Shown piece after piece: positions 26,316 to 39,300 of a stretch of DNA of 64,000 nucleotides; position 1 is the first letter of the stretch; each line of letters starts with the position of its first letter. This stretch comes from Perna viridis (Eukaryota), in the NCBI GenBank assembly GCA_037379345.1, contig CM074519.1, positions 32,266,103 to 32,330,102 on the forward strand, in the 5' to 3' direction. The notes under the pieces were generated by a model. The model did not search any database, had not been told where the DNA came from, and saw only the letters and a list, made by a program, of their open reading frames with translations. The translations under genes and the position numbers were made by a program.

Positions 26316-26824
26316 AGTGTGGAAGTTTGGATTTTAGGAACATGAACATGTGTATGTGTAATGTCATGGCTCATGTGTCCACTCGCATTCCACAGACATT
26401 ACTTTATTTCACTGGATACCCCTCCTTTTTGATAGTTCAAGATTACCTACTGAATGTGATGAATATGACACATGACCTCCTTTCAACCTTACCGTTGAAA
26501 CAGATGCATTGTTTATGTCTCTGCTTTGAAATCAAAATAATTTAACAATTCTGCTTATTTTCTATTTTAAATACGTCTTTGTTTGCTACATGTATATACA
26601 TGTGCGTTTACCATTTTATATTATTTATGTACGTGTACATGTAATAATTAACATATATGTACACAGTGCTTTCATTTTATGTACAGAAGTTAAATTCTTG
26701 GGATCAAATTAATCACACATGAAATTTTTGTGCACCCTCCCCTGGATCCGCCACTGTAATCCATACTTACTACACAAAAAGGTTACATTGCAGCTCCGAA
26801 AATCCGTCATTAGAAGTTCCCGAC

Positions 26825-27147
26825 ATCCATCAGCACCATGAAAACTGATTTATTCAACGGGTCATAGTTTTCCTTCCCTCGTTTGTATACCCCGGACTTG
26901 ACTTTTTATGAGCAACTCGGCGGGTGTTTCTAGAAAAGCAGAGTACCTTACCCTACCGATGCACCTGGTCCATGCTCCCAGTTTTTAGTGGAGTCCGAGT
27001 TGCTCATTTACTTTTGTTACTTTGTATGTATGATTTTAGTGACTTTATGTTCTTTGTTGTGTATGTCTGTTTTCCATGTCTGGTCTTTGTCCCTGGATTA
27101 CATTCTTTTGATTACTGCTATAGCCTTGGTTCCCTTGATTACTCCTT
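26825..27147 (+). mobile_element. Penelope-like element 3' fragment including the structured region
   Basis: Near-identical to 8008-8322. Confidence 0.85.
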
Positions 27148-27158
27148 CATTAAAAGGG

Positions 27159-28453
27159 TCAGATCGAGAGAAATAAATTGGCAAATCTCGACGCACAGTC
27201 TGTAGAGCGATCTGGGAGATGCTGGATGTGCTTAAGCAGTCTCTTATAGTAACTGTCAAGATTATTTAGATCTTTTGTATTCAGACGAGTGACACCCAGC
27301 CCATAGATTAATCTAGGCACAATGTAGGTTCTTATCAGGTGCACGGATACAAAGGGATTGAGTCCACTAATACCATGAAGGCCTGCGCCCATCAATGCAT
27401 AGACAGCTTTCCTAGCAATACTGATTCTCTGTAGACACTTGATGTGCCATATATTGATTTAGAGTCCCTTGTTATTCCAAGATGTGTAGCTGTATATGAT
27501 TTTTGGAGTTCACAGTCGTTTAACCTGAATTAATATTTACTGGTATCACTGTTGGAAACACATAGCACTGTTGATTTAGTTTCATTGAGTATTGTTCTAG
27601 ATTTGCATAGTTCTCCTGTATTGATAGCATAGTCTGCAACTCATATGGACAATTTGAGACTAAAGTAATGTCATCCGCCACTGTAGGGGTTCCACAATAA
27701 ATTGGTCCTATGTAACTACCAATACCACATGATTCCAACAAGTTAAGGAGTAGATTAATGAACAGCTTGTATGCAGGAGACCAGACTCCACCTTGTCTCA
27801 CACCAATATTCTCCTGGAATTCCTTCGAGAGACTGTTTTTTCCATTTAACTCGAGATCTCAAGTTCTTATACCATTCATTTAGCATAATCCATTCGTTTC
27901 CATCAATACCGGCGAGAAGAATCTTTCTTAGCATTGATCCATGCCGGACTTTGTCGAAGGCCTTGGCCGCATCTAGGAATCCAAAGAATATGGGAGATCG
28001 ATTATCTCTTTCCTCTCCTCTGAGCTCTATTACTATTAATGCCGCCCTAGATGGTGATACACAATTTGTGAAACCATGTTGGAGTTTAGTTTGTCCAGAG
28101 ACAATCTTATCTGATACTAAACTGAGATGTAGTTTCTCCACCAATTTACCAGCAATACTAGCTACTGTGATCTTGCGATAACTGTTAGGATCATGTAACG
28201 GTTTCCCCTTATTCTTGAATACGGGTGTCAAAGTTCCAGTTCGAAACTGATCTGGTATCAGTCCTTTGTCAAAGATTTGATTTATCTGTTTTGTTACGAA
28301 CGTCAGTAATTTATATCCGCCATACTTGAAATGTTCTGTTATTACTCCTAGACAATCTGGGGTTTTGCGATTTTTCATTGAGGAGATTATATCTTGCACC
28401 TCGGATTTCAGAAATATTGGTGTGATCCGAGGTGCAAGATATAATCTCCTCAA
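27159..28453 (-). mobile_element. Non-LTR retrotransposon RT fragment (RTE-X-like), decayed
   Basis: PVFKNKGK..DPNSYRKIT, QHGF, FLDAAKAFDKV, RQGGVWSP, PTVADD, GAGLHG..GLNP across three frames. Confidence 0.85.
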
Positions 28454-28456
28454 TGA

Positions 28457-29322
28457 AAAATCGCAATTTGAAATGGCCGCCTAAAAAATAATTTAAATAC
28501 TGTCAGTCAACTCAGAATATCATGTTTATCTTAAGAGTAGCTTTCATCATCAAAATTCGTCTTTAGTTTAAGAAAAAATAGCAAAAGGGGAATTTTGACA
28601 CCTATGTTCTATTTTTAGCAACAGCAGCCATGCTTTAATTTCGACCAATGAAAATTTTAAATAATCAGTTTGTGCAGAATACACTAAAAAATGTGCAAAT
28701 TTGAAAAATTCCGTGGCATGGTTTCAAAGAAGAAACAAAACAAAACAAACAAAAAAACTGTATCTTGACCACAATCTTATATTATTAGCAACATCAGCCA
28801 TGTTTTTTTTTTCAAGGATAAAAATAAATGGTCATTTTGAGCAGGATACCCTAAGGAACAATCATTAACTAATTTCATCGAATTCTGTACAGTGTAGTCT
28901 CTGAGAAGATTTTTGAGAGTAACAACATCAAAAACAGCTAAAAACGTCCAAAAAGAAAATCACTGCAACACGGTACAACAAATTTTCACAAAAATTTGAC
29001 CAGACAGATCTCGCTATGCTACGCACTTTTCCCTCAGTCAGAAATTGATTAAACCAAATGGTTTTGGAAGCATACGCAAAAAAACTGCTGTCCGATCCCT
29101 ATGTTCTGTTCCTAGTAATGACGCCCATATTTTTTTCACGGATCAAATATTCAAATAGCCATTTAATGCAGAATACTCTAAGGAACAATCATGCTTGGTT
29201 TCATCCAAATCCATTCAATAGTTTGAGATAGAGTAGATGTTTGAAATACTGTTAACAAAGACGATTGACAATAACGATGACAAGTGATGGCAATAGCTCA
29301 CATGGCCTGTGAGCTAAAAAAG
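28457..29322 (+). mobile_element. Degenerate Helentron/HINE-like non-autonomous element
   Basis: Ends in agctcacatggcctgtgagct hairpin plus A-run, preceded by gac-rich repeats; the 5' limit is uncertain. Confidence 0.45.
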
Positions 29323-32300
29323 TAAAAAGTCTTCTTTTAATAAATGTACTAACACTGCAACAAACTTATTGAAATCCCTTTACGTCCAATTGAGTCATGT
29401 GTGTGATATGTAGAAAAACAGACAAGGCTTAGAATGATAACTTACTACAGCAATTACTCTAAAAAAATACTGATTATCCCATATGTTTATTACTAAATAA
29501 ATACATGTATATGTTGGAAATAGTAGTATTTCATAACACAGTACTATATACTTTTCCCATTATCCATTACTACATTCATGTTTGTATTGACCTTCATGTA
29601 CTAATCATCACAAAGACAATAGACACAAAAGATCAGAAGTGAAATAACAAAATTTAGTTGTCCTGACTTTTTATTGGCACTACAAGGTAGTAGAGAAAAT
29701 AATTAATGACATATAAAAAGATAAGCATTAATAAGGAAGAAACAGCAGTCAAATGTCAAGCTCATTGCTGTTTGAAAAGACTTATAAATAACTGCCATTT
29801 CATTCAGCACTGTGCTTTTTTATAGAATGAAGGGTGGGGCACTTAGTTCTCTCATTGCCATACTTGTACCAATTATTGGGTTTCATATATCATCTAAAGT
29901 TGAGAATGTCCTAAAATCCGGAGTTTTTCCTCAAACATCTTCGATTTCAAGAGATCTGATTTCTTCAAGTTTTAATTGGGGAAGGATTTCAGATTTTGTT
30001 ATGAAACTGGGCACTTAAGAGTGTCCAATTAATTGTGTGCAAAATTTTTTACTGTAATAGCAAAATTGGACAAATAATATCTTAAAGCTGTCAAATTTAA
30101 AGAATCCAAAACTGGTGATACAGATTACCTCACAAACAGACAAAGAACTTTTATACATATCTTGCAGATAGGAAATAAATGGCAGTATTCCAACCCTCAC
30201 AAGATGGTATGTGTTTACACTAGTCATTTTGTTCAATATAAACTATCGGGTACTATCAAAATTGGATTGTCTTTTAACACCTTAACAATTGTATTCACAT
30301 TTTGAATTTCAAAGAATTTGTATACCAATTTTAAGATAAATCAATCAAAATATGGAACCCCCCCCCCCCCCCCCGCTTTTCTTTGAAAATGTTATTTTTG
30401 GCAAAAATGACCATTCATAAACTGGTACATCCCTTTTCAATTCTGGATCCACCCCTGGTAAAGCTAATCAAAACAATATAAGTATAGTTTACTAAGAGAT
30501 TAAATAAATCCTAACAAATAATTATTGGTTAAATTTATAAGTTTAATTAAAAAATGGTATTAATGGTTTATCCTATATGGAATTAAAAAAATATGGTTTA
30601 ATATCAGCAAAAAATATGTATGTACATGCTCATAACAAAAACAAGGACAATATGAATCAAAGAATAACAATAGAATGGACTCAATTTTGGCAAACAGTAA
30701 GAGTTTCAATTACCTACGCTCTTGTTTTAATTAGCTGTCTTTACAGAAATCAAGACAGGAGGTGATCCATGCATTTCAAAAACCCGCCAAATTCACAATA
30801 ATATCGTCATTTAGCTGTCATTGGGACTTTGCAAGAGTTATCGTTTTTGACTTGGTTGATTTTTGTGAATAGTATTCTCCAAAATACAGACCTGAATACA
30901 GAAAGGCCTACACTATTGGTTTCTGTAAAAATATGGCATATGTACAAAAATACCCTTGTTTGTTTGGTGGGTTTTTCATGAATCACCTCTACCACAGGCA
31001 ATGCCTGAACTTTATATAAATTCATGGTACTTTATATATTCATCAAATGCTATTTTTTACACTTTCTCTGGTTGCTTTTCTCTGCAACATGAAGAAGGAA
31101 CATATATGCTAAATGATTCATTTTTTTCCAAACCCAACAACTTGATTTGCAAAAAAATAATCAAATAAATTTCAAAATCAATTTTCTGTGGCTTATTAGA
31201 GCAACATCAAATTTGACAAGAAATATATGGACAGTGTAACATTGTATTATGTCAGTTCAGCAAAAATCATATCACAGAGAGAAAAATAAAGTACATGTAT
31301 ACACACACAGTATAAAATATCTACATTTTGTATAAGGTACATGTATGACTATGCATATTCAAACTGACATGTATAAATCATTTACACCGAATAAATTTGT
31401 ACAAATCTAAAGTATACACAAAGAAAACTTACATGTATTTAAAATAATGATAACTCATACATGTATAAAATAAAGATTATAAATGAAAAAAGTAATCCCT
31501 GAAAAAAGTTGAAGACAAGATAAAATGAAATGCAACCCCCACACTTTTACAAAAATAAAATGGAATCCACTAAGTTAAACAAGACTGGTATACAGAATTT
31601 AGAAGGCATAAATAAAAAAAATTGATCTTTACATAAAAATGCAAGTACCATACAAAATAAAAGGTGAAATCCAAAAGTTTTAAAAGGTCATGACCTTTCT
31701 ATTTTCAGGTGAAAGCTTATCAGTTTGCTTTCAATCAATTCTTGTTTGCCTGAAATACAATGAACACTGTTAATAATTTATTGACAAGGTATTGTTGGTT
31801 TTGAATATTATCAGGTCACACAAAATCTCCTGTCATTGTGATATTGTTGACAGTAGATCTCATATTCAGGTCAAATGGCAGGTGAATACATGTATATGAG
31901 TTTATGTTCCACATTTAATAAGTAACAAAACACTTCATATCATAAAAACTATGCAAGAGTGATGATGCTTAACATGCAAAACAAGTAAAAAAGGAAATAT
32001 GATTAATTAATTAAGCACTTTGAAATAAATAAACCTATCCTGTACCAATAATACTAACTTATCAACTCCAATTATAAAAGTTTAAGTACAACCAACCCTC
32101 CTCTAAAAGATCACCCCATTTTTTAGTGAGTAATGTCTATAACAGGATTAATACCTTTATCAAAAATAGTGACTGGACTTTGAAGTTCTGTAGTCAATTT
32201 CACTCAAAATTGTAAGAGTAAAATGGATTGTAGGTTATGACATTAAAATGCTATTTTCTATCATTACCTTATAACTTACTACTTTTTGTGAAATTGACCC

Positions 32301-33273
32301 CCGTGCATTTTATTTACTCTTACCTTTTCCTTTAGAATAACCCATGACCTATCAACCATTCACTGGCAACGCCCTATCATGTCAATTTACATACGTAATC
32401 TAAACATCTTCTAAGAAATTAACAAGTCATATTGTCCTGTGTCCAACAAGGTCACTTTTATACAAAGGCCGGCTATAGCAAAAATCAATTTAGGTACCCT
32501 TAAATTAAGACTTTTAACCTCAAACTTAACAAGACTTAAATGTTGAACATAAATCTAACTGAATGATATTGTGTTTTTTTTTATCTTATTTGAAAACTGG
32601 CAAAATTGGCAACACTTCAAAGACATGTTTTCTTAATCGAAATATAAGCATAATAAAAAACATACCTGTACATGCACCTATTGTAACATGGTTGATTTAA
32701 ACAGTTTTGGTCAATTTACCAGGATGTTTGGAGTTCATGAATAGAGATTATAATGAAATATTGCAATTTATGTCTGCGTTTTAATGAAGGTAGCAGTAGT
32801 ATTGGATCATAGGTGGTGGTGAAGGATTTTCAGAAATTATTTCCTGTCCAATGTTTCTTCATATGTGGGATAGCTCTTTGGCACATACCATTTTCTTTTC
32901 CAGAAGGGGCCTGGGATTTTATATAGAGTTAGAATTTTTTTCTGTGCAAGCGCAAAATAATTACTTTTTTTCAATGGTAGCCCAAGTTAAAAATTTATAT
33001 TTGAAAATCTACATTGTTAATGAGGGAAATGCTGAATCATATTTTTTTTCTGTCCATGGCCATGTAAAAAATTCATTTTTGCCCAATTTGGAATAATTCC
33101 ATTTTTTTCAAAAGAATTCAACCCCCCTTAAAAATGGTTGATGCTTATAGTCATTGATTGTAACAATATAAAACCCATCCAGAAAAAAATACTACATGAT
33201 TAAACAATGAATTGATTCAATATAAAACTATAACAAGTTCCTAATACATTTTTACAATGAAATTGCAATGTCA

Positions 33274-33386
33274 TCACCAACTTGCACCTCTCAGTTTGGC
33301 CACTTCGTGTAAGAAATCAACATGGCTAGCGTAGAGTTTAATAGAGTTATTACAGTCCATCCACTGAACAGCCATTGCATCATCAC
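33274..33386 (-). CDS. NUDT9: NUDT9 exon 8 (last coding exon)
   Basis: (G)[36 protein letters not shown]; acceptor ttttag. Confidence 0.9.
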
Positions 33387-36300
33387 CTAAAAATAGAACA
33401 AAATTATACTGAATTGAATGAGTAGGAATTGAATATAATACAAAATATTAATGTTCAATTTTGATACAGCTAGGATGTTGTAAATAATTAAAATCTAAAG
33501 ATTAATTCAGCAAGCATCAACCAAGGACATCAAGTAACATGACATCTTCTTGCAGTGTATATAAACAACACTTTGACCCTGACCAAATTCATGTGCACCA
33601 CAATGATTTCCACTTTTCACTTATACCTTGAAAATTCTCAGGTTTTTTTTGTAAAGAACAAAGTATGAATCAATTTTGGTCAAGATTAATTGAGTAATTT
33701 TGATTATAGAATGTTCAAATGAAAAAAAAACATTGAAAATATCATGAATTTACTGTAAATGTATGATCTTCTGTAGCTGTTAATTTTTAAGGATGCTTTC
33801 AAGGAGCATATTCTGTGGTTTCATTTTTTCACAGTTTTAAAATATTATAAGTAAAAAATCAATTTTGTGATTTCAAATTTATTGGGCTTCTTTGAAACTG
33901 GCTTAAATAGTGTAAATTAGTACACAATAAAAATTACAACAGTTTACAATAATACATATTACAGTTTGACATATTGCTAAAACAAAACTACATGTGTTAG
34001 GATTAACTGACCTTTACAGATTAATCAGAAGAATCAAAAAGCAAGTTTGGAGTGTAATTAAATACATGGATCAATGAAGTAAACAGCTCTGACATTACCT
34101 TGTATACAAAGAGAAAAGCTTCAACCACTAAAATAGCAACTTCATATTAAAATGTTAAACTTATTTGTTATACTTATTTGTGGGAATCATTCATAAGTTT
34201 AAGTTGGTCGGAAGTAGTAATTTAAGCCTTTTCTTTATATTTAGAAGAATTAAACATTATAAGATAACAGCAATAAAATTTATGGATTTTCTTTTATCTA
34301 TGGAAAAATCAGCCATTTAAAACCAAGGATTTAAGATATAAGAAATGTGTTGCAATTATTTGAAAAAAAAATCCATTATAGACAGTATTGGTGATTAAGA
34401 AGTACCTTGTAACCCTTAGAAACTATTTCATAAAATATGAATATTTAAATACAATACCAAAAGCCTCTTTACAGTGCAACCTCTATTAAGGGGTCACCTT
34501 TGGTAAATGGTAAAACTGACCTCTAAGAGAGGTGACCTTTCAAAAAAGTTTAAGTAAAATGCTAAAAAAAGTTGACTAAATACAAATATTATGCATGCAT
34601 GTGTCTATCTTATATTTTTTATAACATGTATTTAATTTTACCAAAAATTAATGTTATGGTATCCTGCCCTTCAACAAAGGCAAAATTTTCCGACATGACT
34701 GAAAAATTTTGTCTCAAATATTAACTTCATCTAAAAAATTATTACCTGTCAGTGAATAGATTTTCACACTTTTTGACAATTGCTTTAACTATATATGTGT
34801 ATTTGGTTTTATTAGCAAGTACTGGTTAATAAATCCTTGACCCCTAAAGCAACATAATTAAAGCACCATTTATTTTTACAGTTTACAGATTTAAATCAAG
34901 TAAATACATAAACAAAATGCCTTTTTCATAAATAAATGGATGACTGATGTCCATGTAAGTGAAGTGGCAACTGAAAGGAGTAATACTATATAGAAAACTA
35001 TTAAGTGTGATCAAAAGTAGCTGTTCAACAAAAGCATTATCAACTGTACATACTTGCATGAAGAGTGAATGTACCACTCTTATTCCATTAAGGGTATACT
35101 ACTCTATAGAGTTGGGAATCGATCCTAAATCTGGATAGATGACCATTGTACATGTACCAACATTGACCGATGATCAGTATTTGGGAGTTTGATAAGGATG
35201 AACCCTAAATACCCTCTTCTTAAGGAGGTAGACCTAGGGTAAGGGAAATAACTCATGAAGTCAGTGATATGTTTGTATCACATTCAATTTCACTGAAGTC
35301 TTTCAAGCTTTTATTTGAAACAGAATGAAATCAGACCAAGTTACTTTGATGCTTACATGAGATTGATGTACAATGCTGAATGCAAACGTTCCAATGATTT
35401 GTGTGAGTTGTGTCCCTTACCCTAGGTCTACCTCCTTAAATTGCCTAAAATTCCATTACCCAGTTTGGATATTATAATATCTTATGTAAATGTTGTCTTC
35501 AATAAAGCAACGTGTTGACCTTTGGCCTATCCATCCCTGGTCCACAGACAACAAATAAAATTGTCCAATGTTACGGTAAAAAATAGAACAAATTGTTTGT
35601 CAACAGAAAGATAAATAGTCCAGTCAGACAAGAGAAAAGAAGGATGAAGACAAAATCTTCATACTTTTAAGACGTGAACAAATCGATCTTGGTATCTTGA
35701 AATCAATCATCGAATAGAAACTCCCCAAACGACCAATATCTCAATGTTCCAGATGATCAGTGTACCACTACTGCTCTAGGCAAACAGGTGAATTCCCATA
35801 TAAACAAGACTGGAGCAGGGAATTTAATACAAACCTGCATGTAGATTGAACTGTCCTACTTTAGTACCATCATTGTCATGGAAATTGTATGCCACCGTTT
35901 CCATCCAGGCATTGTCTGTATTCCTGGGGTCATCAACATATCCTCTGTATATCTGTGAATAAAATATCAATTTAGATTGTCAACCATGTGAGATTGGTAA
36001 CTTCAAAAGTGTAGTCCAAATAATTTCAAATGCCATCTTAAATATTGATTGAAACAGAGGAACCATTTCCAGTATGTACATTATGAACTAGCACTTCAAT
36101 GCAATTTAGCAAACTTAGATGTCCTTTAAACATGAACAAGATGTCAGACTAAGATGAAAGTCACATAAAGGTTATAATGCATCATACAAATACAGCACAC
36201 CAAGTTTCAAATAATTGAAATGAAAGGATCTAAAAAAATTTATGTGGACAAAAAATTTGAAACATTTATTACTTTACAATTCAGTCAAACATGTAATAAG

Positions 36301-39300
36301 ACTTTTCCAAATAAAAGGATATGTAATAAAGACCAGTTAAAAGGAAGATCCTCATATTAAAATAATGAAAGAAATTCAATAATAGGATTGGCTCAATACA
36401 TGATGAATCCAATCCACCCAGAAAAAAAAAACAATGCAATTACAATTTTGAATACACATTATACAGTACTTTGATTCATGGTTGGCAGAAAAAATCCAAA
36501 GAAAGATATTTAATTATCGCAAGTATATTTTAAATTGCCTTATTGCAACTCTAAGAAAGACTAGAAAACCTTTTGGGCAGAGATCACAAAGAAGAAGAAA
36601 GTTAAAGAGGTGTCTGAATCTGTAAAATATTTGAAAAAACCTCGTCTCCACTAGAAAAGAATTTCTCCATAGATTTCATAGCATTCTCCCTCTCCTCATC
36701 TGATATCTCCTTAGTACTCAATGCTTCTTCCCCAAATTCTCTAAGTAAAGTCTCAGTAACAACTTCTCCAGCATCAACCTTACCCTAAACAAAATGAAAA
36801 AGTGAAAGTAGAAAGTGAAACTAACCTCATCACCATTGGATAAAAAATCTTCTACCATTTCATGCATCTCCTTCTTTTCTTCCTCAGTCATTTCTAATGA
36901 ATTTAAAGCTTCTTCTCCAAATTCTTTTTTAATTGTTATACTAACTAAATCACCAGGGTCCACCATACCCTGAAGAAAAATAAAATAAAGTCTTCTGTGA
37001 TCTATAAATTAATTATTAAACAGGGTATGGCTCACCCTTGAAATATCCTATTCTGTTGATTTTTGATTTTTAAACCGATTTCTCATTATTTTCAGGGATT
37101 GAAAATCTTAGAATATGCCAGTGAGGTGTGGATAATTGTGCTATCACCTACTCTAACAAACTGGAAAAATTGCAACTAGAAGTCACGAAGATAGTAATAG
37201 GTCTTCAAGTATTTAGGAAATGTAGCTATTTATACGAAGAAACAGGTTGGGAAAAATTGTCTGAAAGGTGAAATAAGAGAAAATTACAAATGTTTTACAA
37301 TATACAAAATGGCAATGCTCCAAACTATCTCCACGAACTTATTCCCCCTCTTGTTCAGAGTACAACAGCCTATCCGCTACGTAATGGATCTGATATTATA
37401 TTACCCTTCTGTAGATTGTCATTAACTAGTGAATCATTCATACCATCTGCTATACGAGAATGAAACCATCTAAGCAAAGACATGTGAAATGAGAATTCAA
37501 TATCAAGATTCAAATGTGCAATCCGAAGCGAAAATACCTTGCATAAACTAGACATTCGCCAATATTTTAATTACGGCTCTCGTAAATTAAATACTCGTTT
37601 GACCCAGCTACAATATTCTGAGTCTTTCCTTAACTACGATTTACACAGAGTCCATATTGTAGCTGATACTGCATGTAGTTACGCTTCTCCCATTGAAAGT
37701 ATCTACCATATTTTTTTCGAATGCAAAAAATATACCGAAAACCGTATTACACTTTTTGAGAGTTTACACTTAATTCCTTTAAGAATGGATGTTTCACTGC
37801 TTACCAAGGGCAGTACTGATCTAACGTACAAAGAAAATATATTTATAGTGTCGTAAGATTTATTAAAAGGTCAAAAAGATTTCCGACTTAATATTATGGA
37901 GGTAAAATCAGTGTTGCACAAGAACAGCGCATCCATCCGTCCACTTTATGTTTCTCTTCAGTTTTGTATATATATTTCTGAAACTACAGTGTTTTTTTGT
38001 TTTTTTTTTCATTGTATTGGTGTTTTTTCTTCTTATTTTTCATAGTACAGTAGTTTGTCTTTTTTTTCTCTAATTGTACTGTTGTATTTTCTTTTCTTTT
38101 TTTTCTTCATTTTTTTTCTGTAAAATCTTATTCAAAATTGTCTTTTTAATGTTCGTAATGATTTAATGCATGCCCTCAATGTTCTAATTTATGTATTGTA
38201 TATTACTGTTGGTAGAAGACTTCATAAGTTGGTAAAACTTGTGTCCTATCCCTTTTGTAAACTAAACTGGATAACAACTTTATTGGGTTTTGTCAATCCA
38301 TAAATCTAAATATTTAATGTTTGGTGTCTGTAACAGCTGACAACTTACCTCTGGTATTGCATATTCATGATCGTCTCCACTCTGTAACAGCTGACAACTT
38401 ACCCATGATATAGCCCATTAATGACTGTTTCATCTCCAATACAGCAGATAACTTACCCCTGGTATTACCTATTCATGATTGTTTGGTATCTGTAACAGCT
38501 GACAACTTACCCCTAGTATTGCCCATTCATGACTGTTTGGTCTCTGTAACAGCTGGCTACTTACCCCTGGTATTGCCCATTCATGATTGTCTCTTCTCTG
38601 TACTGATACAAACTGTATTATTGGTTTGTTATCTTTGTCTTTAACTATCTCCCCATCATCATTTCTTTTCCATCTAAAAAAAGAAAAAATTGTACAATTA
38701 GTATGATCAAATTCAAACAGTTTCTTACTCTTTTTATCTTTATAACTTGATACCTAATTTTCAAAAATTTAAAGTAATTATATTGTTAATTCAAGAGACT
38801 GAGACAGGTACTTATAATTTCACTTTGGATACATTAATTACAATCTAATGTGATTTGTAAAAATCATTTGGATTAGTTGTCCTCTAATCTGTGGACAAGA
38901 TCAAATATTATGTACAAACTACATGTAATTTGGTAATGTGACATCATGAACATCAATTGGTCTACAGTCTGCAATTCAAACAAACCCAAACTTAATTACA
39001 TCGATAAAGAAATTAAATCATTAAAGTAGGTTACTTAAATAACAATTTTTTAAATCAACTGTTCTTTATTATTATAATGCAGTACTTGTACCTTGTTACT
39101 ATAGGGTCAGCAGCATGATTAGGTCCCCATCGTCCGAGGCAACCTCTGTGTTTTAACCCCGTCCTTCCTCTTGGGTTTCTGAGAGGAAAAAACATGTTGA
39201 AATAGATGTACACAGTAAAATCTCAAAAAAGTAACAAAACTGCAATTTTCATTCTTACTTATAGAGTAAAATTTGTTTACATTTTACAAGTCAACAACTT

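Noticed and set aside
26042-26374. 110-aa His/Thr/Pro/Tyr-rich ORF
   Set aside because: Translation of the 30-bp minisatellite.
29812-30018. Coding-looking stretch downstream of NUDT9
   Set aside because: Short frames on both strands with no recognisable motif or consistent splice sites.
31688-31749. Possible alternative last NUDT9 exon on the minus strand (ttgtatttcag then GKQELIESKLISFHLKIERS*)
   Set aside because: Only an acceptor-like site and a short frame; no similarity to NUDT9, and exon 8 already ends with the normal W-stop.
36718-36966. 82-aa ORF read as a single exon
   Set aside because: It runs through the 41-nt spacer and out of frame into exon 6b; the real units are the two 144-nt exons.
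38325-38600. Regularly spaced repeats resembling a CRISPR array
   Set aside because: The whole 54-nt unit is repeated with no unique spacers, it derives from a NUDT9 exon/intron boundary, and the context is eukaryotic with no cas genes.
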